Source: Eledone cirrhosa (lineage: Eukaryota). Taken from it: a stretch of DNA of 64,000 bases. Location of the stretch: contig OZ024740.1 in assembly GCA_964016885.1 (NCBI GenBank), forward strand, positions 60,574,001 through 60,638,000. Reading direction: 5' to 3'. Under the pieces are notes generated by a model. It searched no databases and was not told where the DNA came from. It saw only the letters and a program-made list of their open reading frames with translations. Below are positions 26,839 to 40,771 of the stretch, in pieces. How positions within the stretch are numbered: the stretch's first letter is position 1; every line of letters starts with the position of its first letter. The translations under genes were made by a program, and so were the position numbers.

Positions 26839-28981
26839 TGTTTCTTTTATTTGCCACCAGGGCATCAAAAGTGGGACAAGTACAATGGGGGGAGTTTACA
26901 AAACAAGGCGTCCTCAATAAGGAGGAGGCAATAACAATATATAAAAATAAAATAAAATATAACAAAAAATAAAATTTATAACAAAGTCCTCAATAGAGAG
27001 GAGGCGCCTTGGGGGGTCGCACACACCCCCGAAAAAAAGTGTGCAACCCTTTTCCTCGGGAGCACAGAGAAGGGGTGCTCCCTTGGTCTTTCATCTTCCT
27101 CACCTATAGTCTGATGTAGAGTGAAGGCCCATTCACACGGGCCATTCTCGCCACTTTCACCCATCTTTCATAAAGACGGCTGGGGTGCAGCACCTCTCTC
27201 TCCATCCTGATCCTTCTTCCGAAATGATATCGGAAGAAACGGACCAGTTGTTGGCCAGAGAGAAAGGTGTCTGTCCTCAGTCCTTTCAGACGCGTCCACC
27301 ATACAGCCTCTTTCGCCATGGCTATTACGCACAGAAACACCGCCTCTTCTTCGTTTTTGAAGAGGGGAGGCGGCTTGATCGTTACAATAGACTCGGTGGT
27401 CAACCGGATCGGTCCCACCCTTGACAGCAGTTGTTCGACATAATCCCACAGATCGGCAATGCCCGAGCAGTGTACCAATGCGTGTGCAACGGTTTCCTCG
27501 TCGCACACGCATCTGGGACAGATCTTTTTCGAGGGGTCCCTACCCGGGCGCCCGTCTCTGTAGAGCCTTTCTCGAACGGGCAGAGCCCTTCTGTAGCATT
27601 GCCAGGCCAGGGACCTCAGGAAGTTATCCATGGGTCCCGGGCTGAATGTCCTACCGAACAGGTTGGCCAGTTCGTCTTCCTCCATGCCTAGGGCTTCTCC
27701 GAGGGCGTCGTCGCACCTGCTAACCACCAGCCCTCTATAGAATGACGAGGTGGATTCTCCACTGACAGCCGGGTCCGCCTGCCAGAGAGCCGTGAGCGCC
27801 TGGGCACACTCGGTGTGCCAGGCGCCCAGTTTTCTCGGTCTTTGCTTGACCCAGGATTGCAGCTCGGTGAGTGAGACGAGTCTGGGAAAGGCTCGCCTCA
27901 CAAACGGGGCCCACACCGGTTGACCGGAGAGGAATACCTGAAGGTGCCGTAGCCTTAATGCGTGTTTACGTATCATTAGCCACGGCATCCCCAGCCCTCC
28001 TTTCGAAGGGTGTTGACAGCAGATGGATCTCCTCACCATAGGAGCCCGCTTCTTCCAAAGGAATTGGAAGAGTGCGCGCTCCATTTTGGCGAGCGTTTCC
28101 CTTGGGCAAGGCACAACGGTCAGGTGGTAGTAGATGACGGACGCTATATAAGTGTTCGCCACCTCCGCCCGACCTTTCAGGGACAGTTTGCACTCGGCCC
28201 ACTTCTGGGTCAGTGCAAACACCCTGTTCGTTACCTCACCCCAGTTCTTCTCCACCTGGAGGTCTGGTCCGAACCAGACCCCGAGCAACTTCACCGGGCC
28301 CTCCGTCCAGCGCCCGACGACGCCATCGGAGGGCATCGGTCTGCCCCTCCACGTGCCGAGTTGCAGACCGATCGACTTGTCCCGGTTCAGCTTAGCCCCT
28401 GTAAACCTTTCGTACTCCTCCAGTAAGGTGCCAATCGTCCCGATTTCCGAGGCCGTAGACACCATTACTGTTACGTTGTCGGCGTAGGCTGACACCACTT
28501 TCCGCAATCCCGGTTCCAACGGGCTGCCCTGCAACAACTCCAACTTCCGCAGCAGTGGCTCTCGAGTCATTACATACAGAAGGGAGGAGAGAGGGCACCC
28601 CTGTCGAATGGACCGCGCGATTTCGAACGGCTCCGAGAGGTAGCCGTTCACCTTGACCCTAGAGCAGATGCGGCTGCTGTGCATGGCATTGATCAAGCCC
28701 CTGAAAACGGGTCCGAAGCCTGCCGCCGCTAGCACCGCATCCAGGTAACCATGGTCGACCCTATCGAATGCCTTAGATTGATCCAAGTTGATCAGGGCCC
28801 CACCAAAGCCGGGTTCGTTCCCAACCCTCTCTATGATGTATCGCATGAGGTGGAGGTTGTCGTGGATGGACCTGGACGGGATAGCACATATCTGCGTATC
28901 TCCCACCAGGTTACCCACGACAAGCGCCAACCTCTTTGCTAGCACCTTGGCCAAAATCTGTAACTCTGTATTTAGCAGAGT

Positions 28982-28983
<2 letters not shown>
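26839..28983 (-). mobile_element. Tx1/L1-clade retrotransposon copy A, 5'-truncated, in (GATA)n
   Basis: Open RT to ZnF frame ending at 27104 (LDQSKAFDRV, RQGCPLS, YADN variant, CPRC...HALVHC). 3'UTR with AATAAA; (GATA)n at both ends. Confidence 0.95.
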
Positions 28984-29015
<32 letters not shown>

Positions 29016-29637
29016 TGTTTCTTTATTAGCCACAGGGGCACAAAAGAAGGGGACAAATACAAAGGGGGAAGTTTACATACAATAAAAACGTGTAAAATGT
29101 TATCACAGATGGAATTTAAAAGTTAGTCGATTTTCCCCAATAGAGGGAGACAGTTTATATGGGTAACACATACCCCCGAAAAAAATGTGCAACCCTCATC
29201 TCCAGGAGTACGAAGAGCTTGTACTCCTTTCCTCTCCTCCTCCTTTTCCTCAATCTACAGGCTGATATAGAGAGAAGGCCCATTCACTCGGGCCATTCTC
29301 GCCACTTTCACCCACCTTTCATAAAACTTGCTGGGGTACAGCACCTCTCTCTCCATCCTGATTCTTCTTCCAAAGTGGTATTTGAAAAAAAGAATCAGTT
29401 GTTGGCCGGAGAGAAAGGTGTCTGACCTCAGCCCTTTCAACCTTGTCCACCATACAACCTCTTTCGCCATAGCTATCACACAAAGGAAAACCGCCTCTCC
29501 TTCGTTTTTGAAGGAGGGTGGCGGTTTGATCATGACAATGGACTCGGTGGTCAACTGGATTGGTCCCACCCGCGACAATAGTCGTTCTACATATCCCCAC
29601 AGGTCAGTGACGCCCGGGCAGTGTATGAATGCGTGCG
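29016..29637 (-). mobile_element. Tx1-clade copy B, 5'-truncated, in (GATA)n
   Basis: ORF2 C-terminus (..RVGPIQLTTESIV..VNGPSLYISL) plus a more diverged 3'UTR; GATA-flanked. Confidence 0.92.
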
Positions 29638-29641
29638 ATAG

Positions 29642-29704
<63 letters not shown>

Positions 29705-29705
<1 letters not shown>

Positions 29706-29801
29706 CTTTCTTTTTATTTGCCACCAGGGCATCAAAAAGTGGGACAAGTACAATGGGTGGAGTTTACATAAAAAGGCGTCCTCAATAAGGAGGAGGCAAT
29801 A
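29705..29801 (-). mobile_element. Tx1-clade copy C, 3'UTR tip only, in (GATA)n
   Basis: Near-identical to 26841-26935; GATA-flanked. Confidence 0.9.
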
Positions 29802-31526
29802 GATAGATAGATACCATTTGTACATATATGTACGTCTGTATGTGTGCACACGCACAGATGAAAAATATTTGTCAATTGCCTCTCTTCAAATTATATAGAC
29901 AGAAAGGTCTTATTTCACAATTCTTTCTCCAGTAACATGATCGTTTATATTTACTCATTCATTGATACTCTACTTTACTTAGCAATCTCTATATATCTCC
30001 ACTCATGCATACATAAGTAATCTGAGACTCTGATTTAACTGAAATCTCTTCTATTTTATTATCAGGAGTGAATTTAGATTCAGTCTCAGCTCACTAAGAT
30101 TTTTTTTATTTCTATTTTTCCTTTCTATTCCAGTTCTCTGGACTGTGATCGTTTCTGTCTGCTAATACTGCATCAATTTCTTCATGCATTTCTTGCAATC
30201 TCTTTAACACATCTGTAAGTTCGTCTTAAAGAAGTGTTATTTATCATGGCACTATAACATTTTCGTTTATTAGTTATTGTATATTTTTCTTCGCGACATC
30301 TTTCTATATAGTTTATTTTAAATATCACATAATGATATTTAAGTTTAAGAAGAAGAAAAAAAATGAAATACATCTCTGTATTTTTTTCATTTTCGTGACT
30401 GTAACTAATAATTACATTATATGAAATAAATTTAAATATGTTCAGAGATTTCTCCAACAACAACGCTACATTTTGCTTTTTTTTTTTTTTTTTTTTTTTT
30501 TTTTCAGAATCACGAGTAATAACAAATAGAAAATAAATTTTATGATATTATTGACAATCTTTCAGTGCTGTAAATAAGTAATTATAAATGATGATTCAAC
30601 AAATAATCTGTTATATATGATGAGTCAGCAGATAATCAACACATTTCGTGTTTTGGGTTGGTTGTAGATGCAATTTGATATCTAAATGAAACTTCAATAT
30701 ATATACAAATACATACATTATATTATTCATGGTCAACGACTACACTTCAATTATTGAGCGTTCAATTTCAGAAGATCTATTACATTTACTACTGTCGTTA
30801 GAAAGTCCCAAACATTGATTATAAAATAAATGTTAATTTAAGCAATATCGTTTATCAACCATGTATCTGCCCTACCAGTAACTCTCGTTTGTAAATAAAT
30901 GGAATACTGCAGCATCATTGAGATTTTTAATACACTTCTGTTGATTGCGTTTCTCACCAGAAATGATTACTCTCGGGTCCCAAATAATAGGGAGGGGTGT
31001 AGACATTCGCTTAAATTCTTGTGAGCGGGGGTGGGTGGGTCGGTAATTGTATAGTGTACGTTCGTAAATATGGGATTTCTTGTAATGTTCTTTATTTTGT
31101 CATATATAATGTTTTTGATTTTTAATGTAAAATAAAATTATTATCAGTATCGGTAGAGGGTCGGACGCCATGCTTTACAGCATAGTTACGTCCCTTTACG
31201 TTCTGAGTTCAAATCACGCCAAGGTTCACTTTGCCTTTCATCTTTACGGGGGTCGATAAAATAAAGTACCAGTAATGCACTGCGATAATTGGTGGCCTTG
31301 TGCCAAAAGTAGAAACAATTATAATATTCTCCAGCTGCTGTATCGGTATGAATCACTTACAATAAAATTTCGCCGGAGATAGATTAGCAAAGTTTAATAA
31401 GTGTGTGGTGGGGGGGGGGGGATTGTTCAAGACTTGAGAGTACGAATACTAAGTGCCCCATGGAAACTCCGCCGTTTTATTAGAAGCAACCGCCAAGTAC
31501 TAAAGATCTATATGGCGTTTTATGTG

Positions 31527-31576
<50 letters not shown>

Positions 31577-32312
31577 GTTTCACTATCGATCAGCTCGAGG
31601 CAAGACCTATTATAGATCGAACCTGACTCTGTAATCGAAAGGTCGTCAGATATGCTTAGTATATGAATTCATCTCCAAAACTGGATAGGGGTAGAGAGAA
31701 ACTTATCCTATTACCGGACACTTGACTTGAATAATTACAGCAGTGTGTACACAACTAAAGGCATTCAAAGTCCAGGTTGATGTCTTAAACTGGGTAATTG
31801 GCTATGCCTACCACCCAAGAATTGATGCAGTCCTTCCGACGGGTTCCACACAGTTTCTTTCTACCAAATTTTACTTACAAAGCTTTTTCCAACCCGAGGC
31901 TACCGTAGAAGACACTCACACAACGTTCCACACAGTAAATTGGAATTCTTTACCGCTAAATAAATATTATGTTGCACCCATAGCCTTCAAATATAAGCAT
32001 GAATACTAGTTAGAGTAGTTAAAATACATAATTTTATCTAGATATCTCTACTAGATCCATGTCTATGGAGAGAATTTATAGAACATGTACTTTTATTTTA
32101 ATATGTATGCCTTGATACAGTTTTTTTTCATGTGTCATTCAGTTTAAACTATTTTTATATACCCTTATCATCCTTCTCATAAACATTTCCACAAAGAAAC
32201 ATGATTGTTCTAGCTGCGAAATATTTATACTTAATAACTAATATCATTAAAGTCTTCCCTCTGAATTCACTTATTATTTGATTCTGAGATTCAGCACTTT
32301 TAAGTATATATA

Positions 32313-32622
32313 CAGTGTACCCCCGGCATTCGCGGCCTCGGTTATTCGGGATTTTCCTTAGAAATGAACAAATAATTGTTCGTGAAAACCACCGCATATT
32401 CGCGGAATCGTAAATATTTTCCGCGATTTTTTAGGCCTTTTTTCGTGGCAATATAATTTTTTAGCGCTAAATTATTAATAACAATATACAGTATTTGCCG
32501 GCCTATGACGTTATGTTTTGTGTTTATAGGCATTTTTATGGATCACGTCCAATATTCGCGGGTTTTTTACTCTTCGCAAGTGTTCTAGGAACGTAACGAC
32601 CGCGAATACTGGGGGACAACTG
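32313..32622. mobile_element. pogo/Tigger-type MITE
   Basis: Imperfect TIR CAGTGTACCCCCGGCATTCGCGG / CCGCGAATACTGGGGGACAACTG, TA flanks, internal ATTCGCGG repeats. Confidence 0.8.
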
Positions 32623-33019
32623 TATATATATATGTGTGTGTGTGCCTCTGTGTGTGTATGTGTGTGTGAGTGTGTGTGCGCGTGTGTGCACCTGTGTATG
32701 TTTGTGTGGTCGCGTACACGTGTTTATGTATACCTGGTAGTACTTACGTCAATAAACGATGTACACAATATATACGAGGAAACGTCTTCCCCTTCATAAA
32801 GATGTGTGAAGTTTATTGAATTTGGGGAAATATTAACTGCTTACAAATAATTATTTGGTGATGACAGACGTTTAGATGGGTGTTGAGACAGTCAGACAAT
32901 GAGGCAGGAGGGGGGAGAGAGACAGACAGATAAATAACATATATATGTGTGTGTGTGTGTGTATAGATATATATGTGTGAATATATATGTGTGTGTGTGT
33001 ATATATATACATATGTATG

Positions 33020-33069
<50 letters not shown>

Positions 33070-34779
33070 CATATATATGTAAAAGGTAAGCAGAAATAAC
33101 AAAAACAACAAAACAAACAGCACATATTTATATTGTGTGAGGGAGAGAGTGGGGGACAGACAGGCACAATATATGTATATATATATATAGAGAGAGAGAG
33201 GGGGGGGGGGCGAGCAAACATAATAGAAGGAGAAAGAGAAAGAAGATTTGGAAAAGAAGGAAGCATTGTTATTAAGTTATCGAAGCAATTTGAATTTCAG
33301 TTTCAGTACAATAAATGCCGAGATATGAGAATTTCCATTCAAACCCTTGGGTGTCATTACAGCTTTAGTAATAAAGGATCTAACCTTAGTGCACGGATGA
33401 TTCCTATTGCAATGGCATCACAGGGAGTTGTTTCAGCAACATTCATTGACTAAATATACCTCTGGGAACAAATGGTGAGACCAGATAGGGAATTATTTAG
33501 GCAATTTCATCCCGTTGGGTTTTAATGTTATTAAATAAGAGGAATTAGATGAATCAGTTAGATACACAATTAAGAACGGCTGTTTGATTGCAACTTACGT
33601 ATGTGTATTGTTGTAAAGGTTTCTTTCCTGGTAATGTAATCTGGTAGATCGTAAAGAGAAGAGGATAGCTTTTGGGACTTCGTTTCTGTTTGTTTGTTTG
33701 TTTGTTTTTATTTTTAAATATATTTTTCTCTAGTTAGATTTAACGCTGGATTTACAAAGAATTTAAGGGAAACGAAGGTGGCGAATTGACAGAGTCGTTA
33801 GAACGTTGAATAGAATGCTTTGTTATATTTGTTCAGGCTCTCTGCGCTCTGACTTCAATCCCACCGAGGTTAACTTTGCTATTCATCCTTTTGAGATCGA
33901 TAAAAAAGTACCAGTCCAGTACAGGGGTAGATTCCCCTTCTGTATATCTTTCTCATTTCTTCACTATGTCTCTTTATCTGGAAGCAATAGGTTGTGTGGA
34001 GGGATGAGCTCCGCCTATTTTAAATGGCCAAGACACGCCGTATTTGAGTCAGGAGTTAAGGGCTCAAATACGTCTTACAAAGAATTTAAGAAAAACGAAT
34101 GACATTTAAAGAGGATGAAATGATATTGAATTTGTGCAAGCGCATTCAATGAGGTATCCTAAAAACTGTCATGGGATCCTTCTTTATTTGAGACTTTTTA
34201 ATTAATGGTTAATCTACGGCTGTGTGCTATGGGATCGAACACAAAATCATGTGGCCGCGAAGCAACCTTCTAATATATTTTTTTTCTGTTTCTTTTTTTT
34301 TTTGCTTTTTTTTTATCATATTCTTCTAGCTGTTTGAATCATCGATTCGATTTCAATTTTCGGTTGTACCTATTTTATGCTTTTCTAGAGAACATTGACT
34401 ATATTACTGAAGTGGATGAACTTGAACGAGGAATCGAAACCCTGGCGGTGGGTTAGTTTCCCAAGAGATGTGACGTTAAGTCATCTATCAAAACTTCTCA
34501 CAAAAGGGAGATAGAAGAGAAACAAGTGTAGCGAGACAATATAATTCTAAAAAATGATAATTTGAGGTCATGTTTGCATATAGATCTTTCTGCTTCAATA
34601 ACCATTCACCTTTATTAGTTTTACTCTAAGTTTTAAAACCAAGTATTTGAGAGACGTTGTGGTGGAAAACGTAAAAACAAACATTATTCATTGATATCTC
34701 CAAGGAATGATTGCAAGTGGTGCATGGAATAGGTTATATAGAATGTAGGAGGTAGCTGATCGACCGTAACAGCAAAAGT

Positions 34780-34850
<71 letters not shown>

Positions 34851-35563
34851 TAGTAGTAGTAGTAAGCTAATGAGGAAGAAAAAGAGAAAAGTGAAGAATT
34901 GTAAGATGGAGAAAGGGAAAGAAAAGAAAAGTGTTTGAGAGAGAGAGAGAGAACGTATGTTTGTGTATATAAGAGAGAGAGAGATGAGGATGTGGAAGCG
35001 AGGAAGGGAATAGATAATTTGATAGAATGGTGCTTAGGACGATAAAACGATATAACTGTTTCTACATTAGGCACAAGGCCAGCAAATACCCAGTGCATTA
35101 CTGGTACTTTATTTTATCGACCCCGTAAGGATGAAAGGCAAAGTCAACCACGGCGGGATTTGAACTCAGATCGTAAAGGGACGTAACTATGCTGGAAAGC
35201 ATGGCGTCCGACCCTCTACCGATACTGCCAATCCAATAACAATAATAACTCGGCTAAATGACAAGAGACAGAGAGGGAAATATGGAAAGACTGACAGAGA
35301 CAAGAAGGAAGAAGGCGAGAAGGGAAATTGAGAAAGACAGATTTCTGTTTATTTGCCACTAGGGCACAAAAGAAAGGGACATGTACATGGGTGGGGGGAG
35401 TTTACATAAAAATCGAGTAAGAAAAATATAACAAACAAAATAATAACAAGAAGGTCCTCAATAGGGAGGGATCGTTTTGGGGTCACACACACACCCGAAA
35501 AAAAGTGTGCGACCCTTCTCCACGGGAGCACAAAGAGAGGGTGCTCCCTTCTTTCTGTTCCAC

Positions 35564-38500
35564 CTACAGGCTGAGGTAGAGAGAAGGCCCATTCACACGG
35601 GCCATTCTCGCAACTTTCACCCACCTTTCATAAAACTGGCTGGAGTGGAGCACCTCTCTCTCCATCCTGATCCTTCTTCCGAAATGGTATCGGAAGAAAA
35701 GGACCAGTTGTTGGCCGGAGAGAAAGGTGTCCGACCTCAGCCCTTTCAGACGCGTCCACCATATAGCCTCTTTTACCATGGCTATTACACAGAGGAAGAC
35801 CGCCTCTCCTTCATTTTTGAAGGGGGGAGGCGGCTTGATCGTTACAATGGACTCGGTGGTCAACCTAATTGGTCCCACCCGTGACAGCAGTTGTTCGACA
35901 TAGCCCCACAGATCGGCAACGCCCGGGAAGTGCACCAATGCGTGCGCGACGGTTTCCTCGTCGCGCACGCATCTGGGACAGATCTTTTTCGAGGGGTCCC
36001 TACCCGGGCGCCCGTATCTGTAGAGCTTATCCAGAACGGGCAGCGCCCCTCGGTAGCATTGCCAGGCCAAGGACTTCTGGAAGTTGTCCATAGGTCCCGG
36101 GCCGAAAGTCCTACCGAATAGACTGGCCAGTTCGTCCTCCTCCATGCCTAGGGCTTCTCCGAGGGCGTCGTCGCACCCGCTAACCACCAGCCCTCTATAG
36201 AATGACGAGGTGGAGTCTCCGTCGATAGCCGGGTCCGCCTGCCAGAGAGCCGTGAGCGCCTGGGCACACTCGGTGTGCCAGTCGCCCAGTTTTCTCGGTC
36301 TTTGCTTCACCAAGGACTGCAGCTCGGTGAGCGAGACGAGCCTCGGGAAGGCTCGCCTCACTAACGGGGCCCACACCGGTTGACCGGAGAGGAATACGTG
36401 GAGGTGCCTTAGCCTCAATGCGTGTTTACGCATTTTTAGCCACGGCATCCCCAGCCCTCCTTTCAAAGGGTGTTGACAGCAGATGGATCTCCTCACCAGA
36501 GGAGACCTCTTCTTCCAAAGGAAATAAAAGAGGGCGCGCTCCATTTTGGCGAGGATCTCACCCGGGCAAGGCACGACAGTCAAGCGGTAATAGATGACGG
36601 ACGCTATGTAAGCGTTCGCCACCTCCGCCCGACCTTTTAGGGATAGTTTGCACTCGGCCCACTTCTGGGTCAGTGCAAACACCCTATTCGTCACCTCACC
36701 CCAGTTTTTCTCCACCTGGAGGTCCGGTCCGAACCAGACCCCAAGCAACTTCACCGGGCCCTCCGTCCACCGTCCGACGATACCATCGCACAACATCGCT
36801 TTGCCCCTCCACTCGCCGAGTTGCAAAGCGACTGACTTGTCCCGGTTCAGCTTAGCCCCTGTCAACCTTTCGTACTCCTCTAGTAAGGTGCCGATTGCCT
36901 CGATTTCCGGGGTGGTCGACACCATTACTGTTACGTCATCGGCGTAGGCCGACACCGCTTTGCGCAATCCCGGTTCCAAAGGGATGCCCTGCAACAACTC
37001 CAACTTCCGCAGTAATGGCTCGAGAGCCAATACATACAGAAGGGAGGAGAGAGGGCACCCCTGTCGGATGAAGCGGGTGATTTCGAACGGCTCCGAAAGG
37101 TAGCCGTTCACCTTGACTCTAGAGCGGATGCGGCTGCTGTGCATGGCAGTGATCAAGCCCCTGAAAACGGGTCCGAACCCAGCCGCCGCTAGCACCGCAT
37201 CCAGGTAACCATGGTCCACCCTATCGAACGCTTTAGACTGATCTAAATTTATCAGGGCCCCACCAAAGCCGGGTTCGTTCCCAACCCTCTCTATGATGTA
37301 TCGCATGAGGTGGAGGTTGTCGTGGATGGACCTGGACGGGATAGCGCATGTCTGCGCATCTCCCACCAGGCCCCCCACGACAAGCGCCAACCTCTTCGCT
37401 AACACCTTCGCCAAAATCTTTAACTCTGCATTTAGCAGAGTTATGGGCCTAAAATTACTAATGTCATCCCCCTTGTTCTCGTTCTTCCTCACTAGCGAGA
37501 CTACGCCCTTGGTCACAGAACAGGGAATTCTCCCGTTCTGTTGCCAGTTGCAGTAGACCGCCTCGAGGAGATCGGAGAACAAGTCCGGCATATTAATATA
37601 TAGTTCGTAAGGCAGACCATCGAGTCCTGGAGATTTGCGTTTGCCGCATAGGCTCAGCACGTCCCCTATTTCAGCTGCTGAGATCGGCCCGTCGCAGGAC
37701 CTCCCTGTCCGAAAGACGCGGCAGGCCGTTGAGGTATGGACCGAAATCCACATCTCCAACCGGCCCCCCGCCCCTCCCGAACAATTGGGCAAAGTGCCTT
37801 TGAAAGGCCTCGCACATTTGCTTAGGTTCAAGGATCACCCGTCCATCCTGGTCTCGCAAAGACTGGATAGAGGATTTAATCCCACTTTTCGCTTCTGTCA
37901 CGCGGGCCCAGCTAACAGCTTTGGTCCCCTCGTTTCCCAGAGCACGTATTTTGCTTCGGACAACGCAGCCTTCGTGTTTCGCGTCGAAGAACTGGTTCAA
38001 GATCGTTCTCGACGCTTGCACTCTGGCCACGTTGCCGCTTCTCATTGCCTCTTCAACATTAACTACCAACTCCCTTTCCTTCCTATTTCTATCTGAGGCT
38101 AACTCCTTACTAACTCCTATTGAAACTACTCTAATCTCTCTTTTTAGAGAGCCCCACCACCTGTTGTTGACGATGGCGCCCGTCAACCGCTCCTTAACTA
38201 AGGTTCTAATCCGGTCCCTGTAAGCTCTACTTGCCGGTAAGGACAAGTTGAGCTTCCAGTAACCGGGCCCCTGCCTATGCGTTCTATCAAGGTGGACTAC
38301 GCAGGTCACTAACTTGTGGTCTGAATAGCCCACCATGAGCATTTCTGGACAACTTAAAAAGTCCCTATCCTTAATTCTAACTAAGAACCTATCTAGGTAC
38401 GATCTAGATTGACCACTGTTATTTGACCAGGTCCAGGTTGGTACAGTCGGAAAATCTAGTCGGTATCTATCGGCCAGGTCGAATCGGCCGATTAACCCCT

Positions 38501-38996
38501 TAAGGCTGTTACACCCCCCTCTATCGGGACATGCCCCTACATAGTCCCAACGTGCATCTAGGATACCATTCCAGTCCCCCACTAAAAGCAAGGAGCGGGA
38601 CGTCCCTAGAAAAGTCTCCAGACGATGGAAGAAGTCCGACCGCATTGCCCCAAAAGGGGCGTATACGGCGACAAGCCTAAAAGCTTCGCCTTCACCATTG
38701 CCAAGGTCCAGAACCACGAGTCGACCCTCCGGGTCCAAGTGTACCGTCTGTGTAGCGAGACCCAGATGTTTTTGCAGCAGAACGACAACCCCACCCCCAC
38801 CTCCAGGCTGACAGAGAGATGCGTGCATCTCAAAGTCATCAAAGGTGGGGGTTAGCTGTCGCATGCTGCTGATCCGGGCCTCGCAAATAACCATCACATT
38901 TACACATTGTGACCTGAGGTCACTTAGAAGTTTAGCTTGCTTCCAAGGTGAGCCCAGGCCACGCGCATTTAGACAACCTACTCTTAAGACAGCCAT
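35564..38996 (-). pseudogene. ORF2 of copy D (APE endonuclease-RT-ZnF), one frameshift
   Basis: Split into ORFs 37671-38996 and 35564-37831 by a 5-bp deletion near 37703 relative to copy E (GGACCTCgcctcCCTG). Confidence 0.93.
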
Positions 38997-39019
38997 GTTG
39001 GTGGCAAAGAAAGAGGCAC

Positions 39020-40771
39020 TTACCTCTCTGCGTCCCGGGGTTCGGGTCGCTCAGTTTCCATGGGGCTGGTGGAGGGGTTGATGGGTGGGGTGGTGGTTTG
39101 TGGTGGTGTGGGGGTATTAGTGTGTGGAGGGGTTGGGATCTTTGGAGTTGTGTGGGTGTTTGAGGAGGGGAGGGGAAAACCTTTCAGGAGGACGCGGTTG
39201 AGTGGCCTGGTGCAGGGTGGGCCCACGTCCTCAGGGTAAATGTCTTTCAAAGTTTTGAAAATCTCAAGTGGGATTTTCACCATTTTCAGGTTAGGGAGCC
39301 CCATTGCCGTTACGAAATTCGGCCCTTCGGTTTGTATCGAAGGGTTGGTTTCTATTTTTAAAGTTAGGTTTTCATTGTTTTTGTTTATGTAGAGTTTTTG
39401 TGTTGTTGTGTTTGTTTTTGCTTGTTGTTGTTGAGTGAGTTTGCGTTTTATTGTCTGTGTTGTGTTGTCAGGTGGGGTTATTTTTGTTTGTGTGGTGTGT
39501 ATACGTTTTTTTCTTTTCACTTTTTGGAAGGGAGCCCCCTCGTCTTCCGACGATATGAGCTCCTCTTCCGTATTGGAGGGGAGGGGTATATCTCCGGGTT
39601 GTGTATGAACTGTTTTTGTATTTGTGTTCTGTGGGGTGGGGCTGGGTGGGACCGTGTTTTGGGTTGTTTTCTTGAGCTGTTGTTGATGTTGTTGTTGTTG
39701 TGGTGGTGGTGGTGGTGGTGGTGGTGTTGTTGGTTTTTGTTGTCGTTCTGGTGGTGCTGGTAGTGTATTTTGTTGTTTTTGTGATGGTGGTGCTGGTTGT
39801 TTTTGTTGTTGTTGTGGTGTTTGTAGCAGTGGTTTTTTTGTTGTTAGTAGAGGGCAGGCCGTCCTCAGGTGACCTCTGCCAGCGCAGTGGTAACATGAGG
39901 GTCTCCTGCCTTCCACTGTGATATTTATGAAGGTTCGCCCATCCAGTAGCACTCGGTCGGGTATTCCGGAGATTCTCTCAGGTGTCATCTGTAAGAGAAC
40001 CTCCAGACTTTTCCCCCCGAACAGTCCACTGGTGGACTCCCCTGCTGAAATGAGTATGTCCTTATCTAGGTCGGTAAATCCTGTTAGGACGGACCAGATG
40101 TTAATTTCTGGCGTAGGGCTCCACATTCTTATCCTTTGTGTTTTTCTTCCTTTATATGTGGGGAAGAAGGTGTATTGTGGTGACACTATAGGTGCCACCG
40201 AATATTTCTGAGCCAGCATTTCGTCCTTCATTCGGACCATAATGCTGGCATACAGCTTTCCTTTTTGAATAAAGAGTATGTCCTTTTTAATGTCTTTCAA
40301 AACCAGCTCAATTTGACTTTCGGTCAATTGCGCTGGCTTTCTCGTTTCGTTGGTTATGGTTCTGTAGGTTACGGTATTCTTGTAAATCTGTTGACGCACT
40401 TCTTCTGGGGAGTTGATCGTAAAAGAACCATCCTCCCCAAAAGATACGTATTTTCTAGCCTCTAGCAAATTTTCCTTAGCGTTCGTGATGTCATTGGGTT
40501 TGTATTCCGTGGCTTTCCTGAGTGTTTGGGCAAAAGAAATTTTGTTGTCTGTGTTTGTTGTTGTAATGTCGTTGGTTTCCTTATTTGTGGTGTTATTTTT
40601 TTCTTGAAAATTAATTTTTTCATTTGAATTAAAATTCTTTTTTTTTTTCATTGGAGAGGAGGGGCTGTTCAACAGTTTGAACTGTTGTTCCCTCTTTCCC
40701 GCTTGTTTTTTTGGTCGGCGTGGCGTTCGCTTCCAATATGGCGATATCGTTTTCGTTGATAACGTTATCAA
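39020..40771 (-). CDS. ORF1 gag-like nucleic-acid-binding protein of copy D
   Basis: 583-codon frame with CCHC knuckle CYHCAGRGHLRTAC and a P/Q/T-rich region; ends 23 nt before the ORF2 ATG. True start uncertain (the track start is TTG). Confidence 0.88.
   Translation of the reverse strand: MITLSTKTISPYWKRTPRRPKKQAGKREQQFKLLNSPSSPMKKKKNFNSNEKINFQEKNNTTNKETNDITTTNTDNKISFAQTLRKATEYKPNDITNAKENLLEARKYVSFGEDGSFTINSPEEVRQQIYKNTVTYRTITNETRKPAQLTESQIELVLKDIKKDILFIQKGKLYASIMVRMKDEMLAQKYSVAPIVSPQYTFFPTYKGRKTQRIRMWSPTPEINIWSVLTGFTDLDKDILISAGESTSGLFGGKSLEVLLQMTPERISGIPDRVLLDGRTFINITVEGRRPSCYHCAGRGHLRTACPLLTTKKPLLQTPQQQQKQPAPPSQKQQNTLPAPPERQQKPTTPPPPPPPPQQQQHQQQLKKTTQNTVPPSPTPQNTNTKTVHTQPGDIPLPSNTEEELISSEDEGAPFQKVKRKKRIHTTQTKITPPDNTTQTIKRKLTQQQQAKTNTTTQKLYINKNNENLTLKIETNPSIQTEGPNFVTAMGLPNLKMVKIPLEIFKTLKDIYPEDVGPPCTRPLNRVLLKGFPLPSSNTHTTPKIPTPPHTNTPTPPQTTTPPINPSTSPMETERPEPRDAER

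Noticed and set aside
28984-29062. N-terminus MYLSPSF...IYLSIYLS of the 652-aa ORF
   Set aside because: It is a chance in-frame read through copy B's 3'UTR and (TATC)n; the RT also has YADN and lacks the endonuclease.
39015-39030. Splice-donor consensus AG|GTAAGT overlapping the ORF1 stop
   Set aside because: No matching acceptor or transcript evidence; may be chance.
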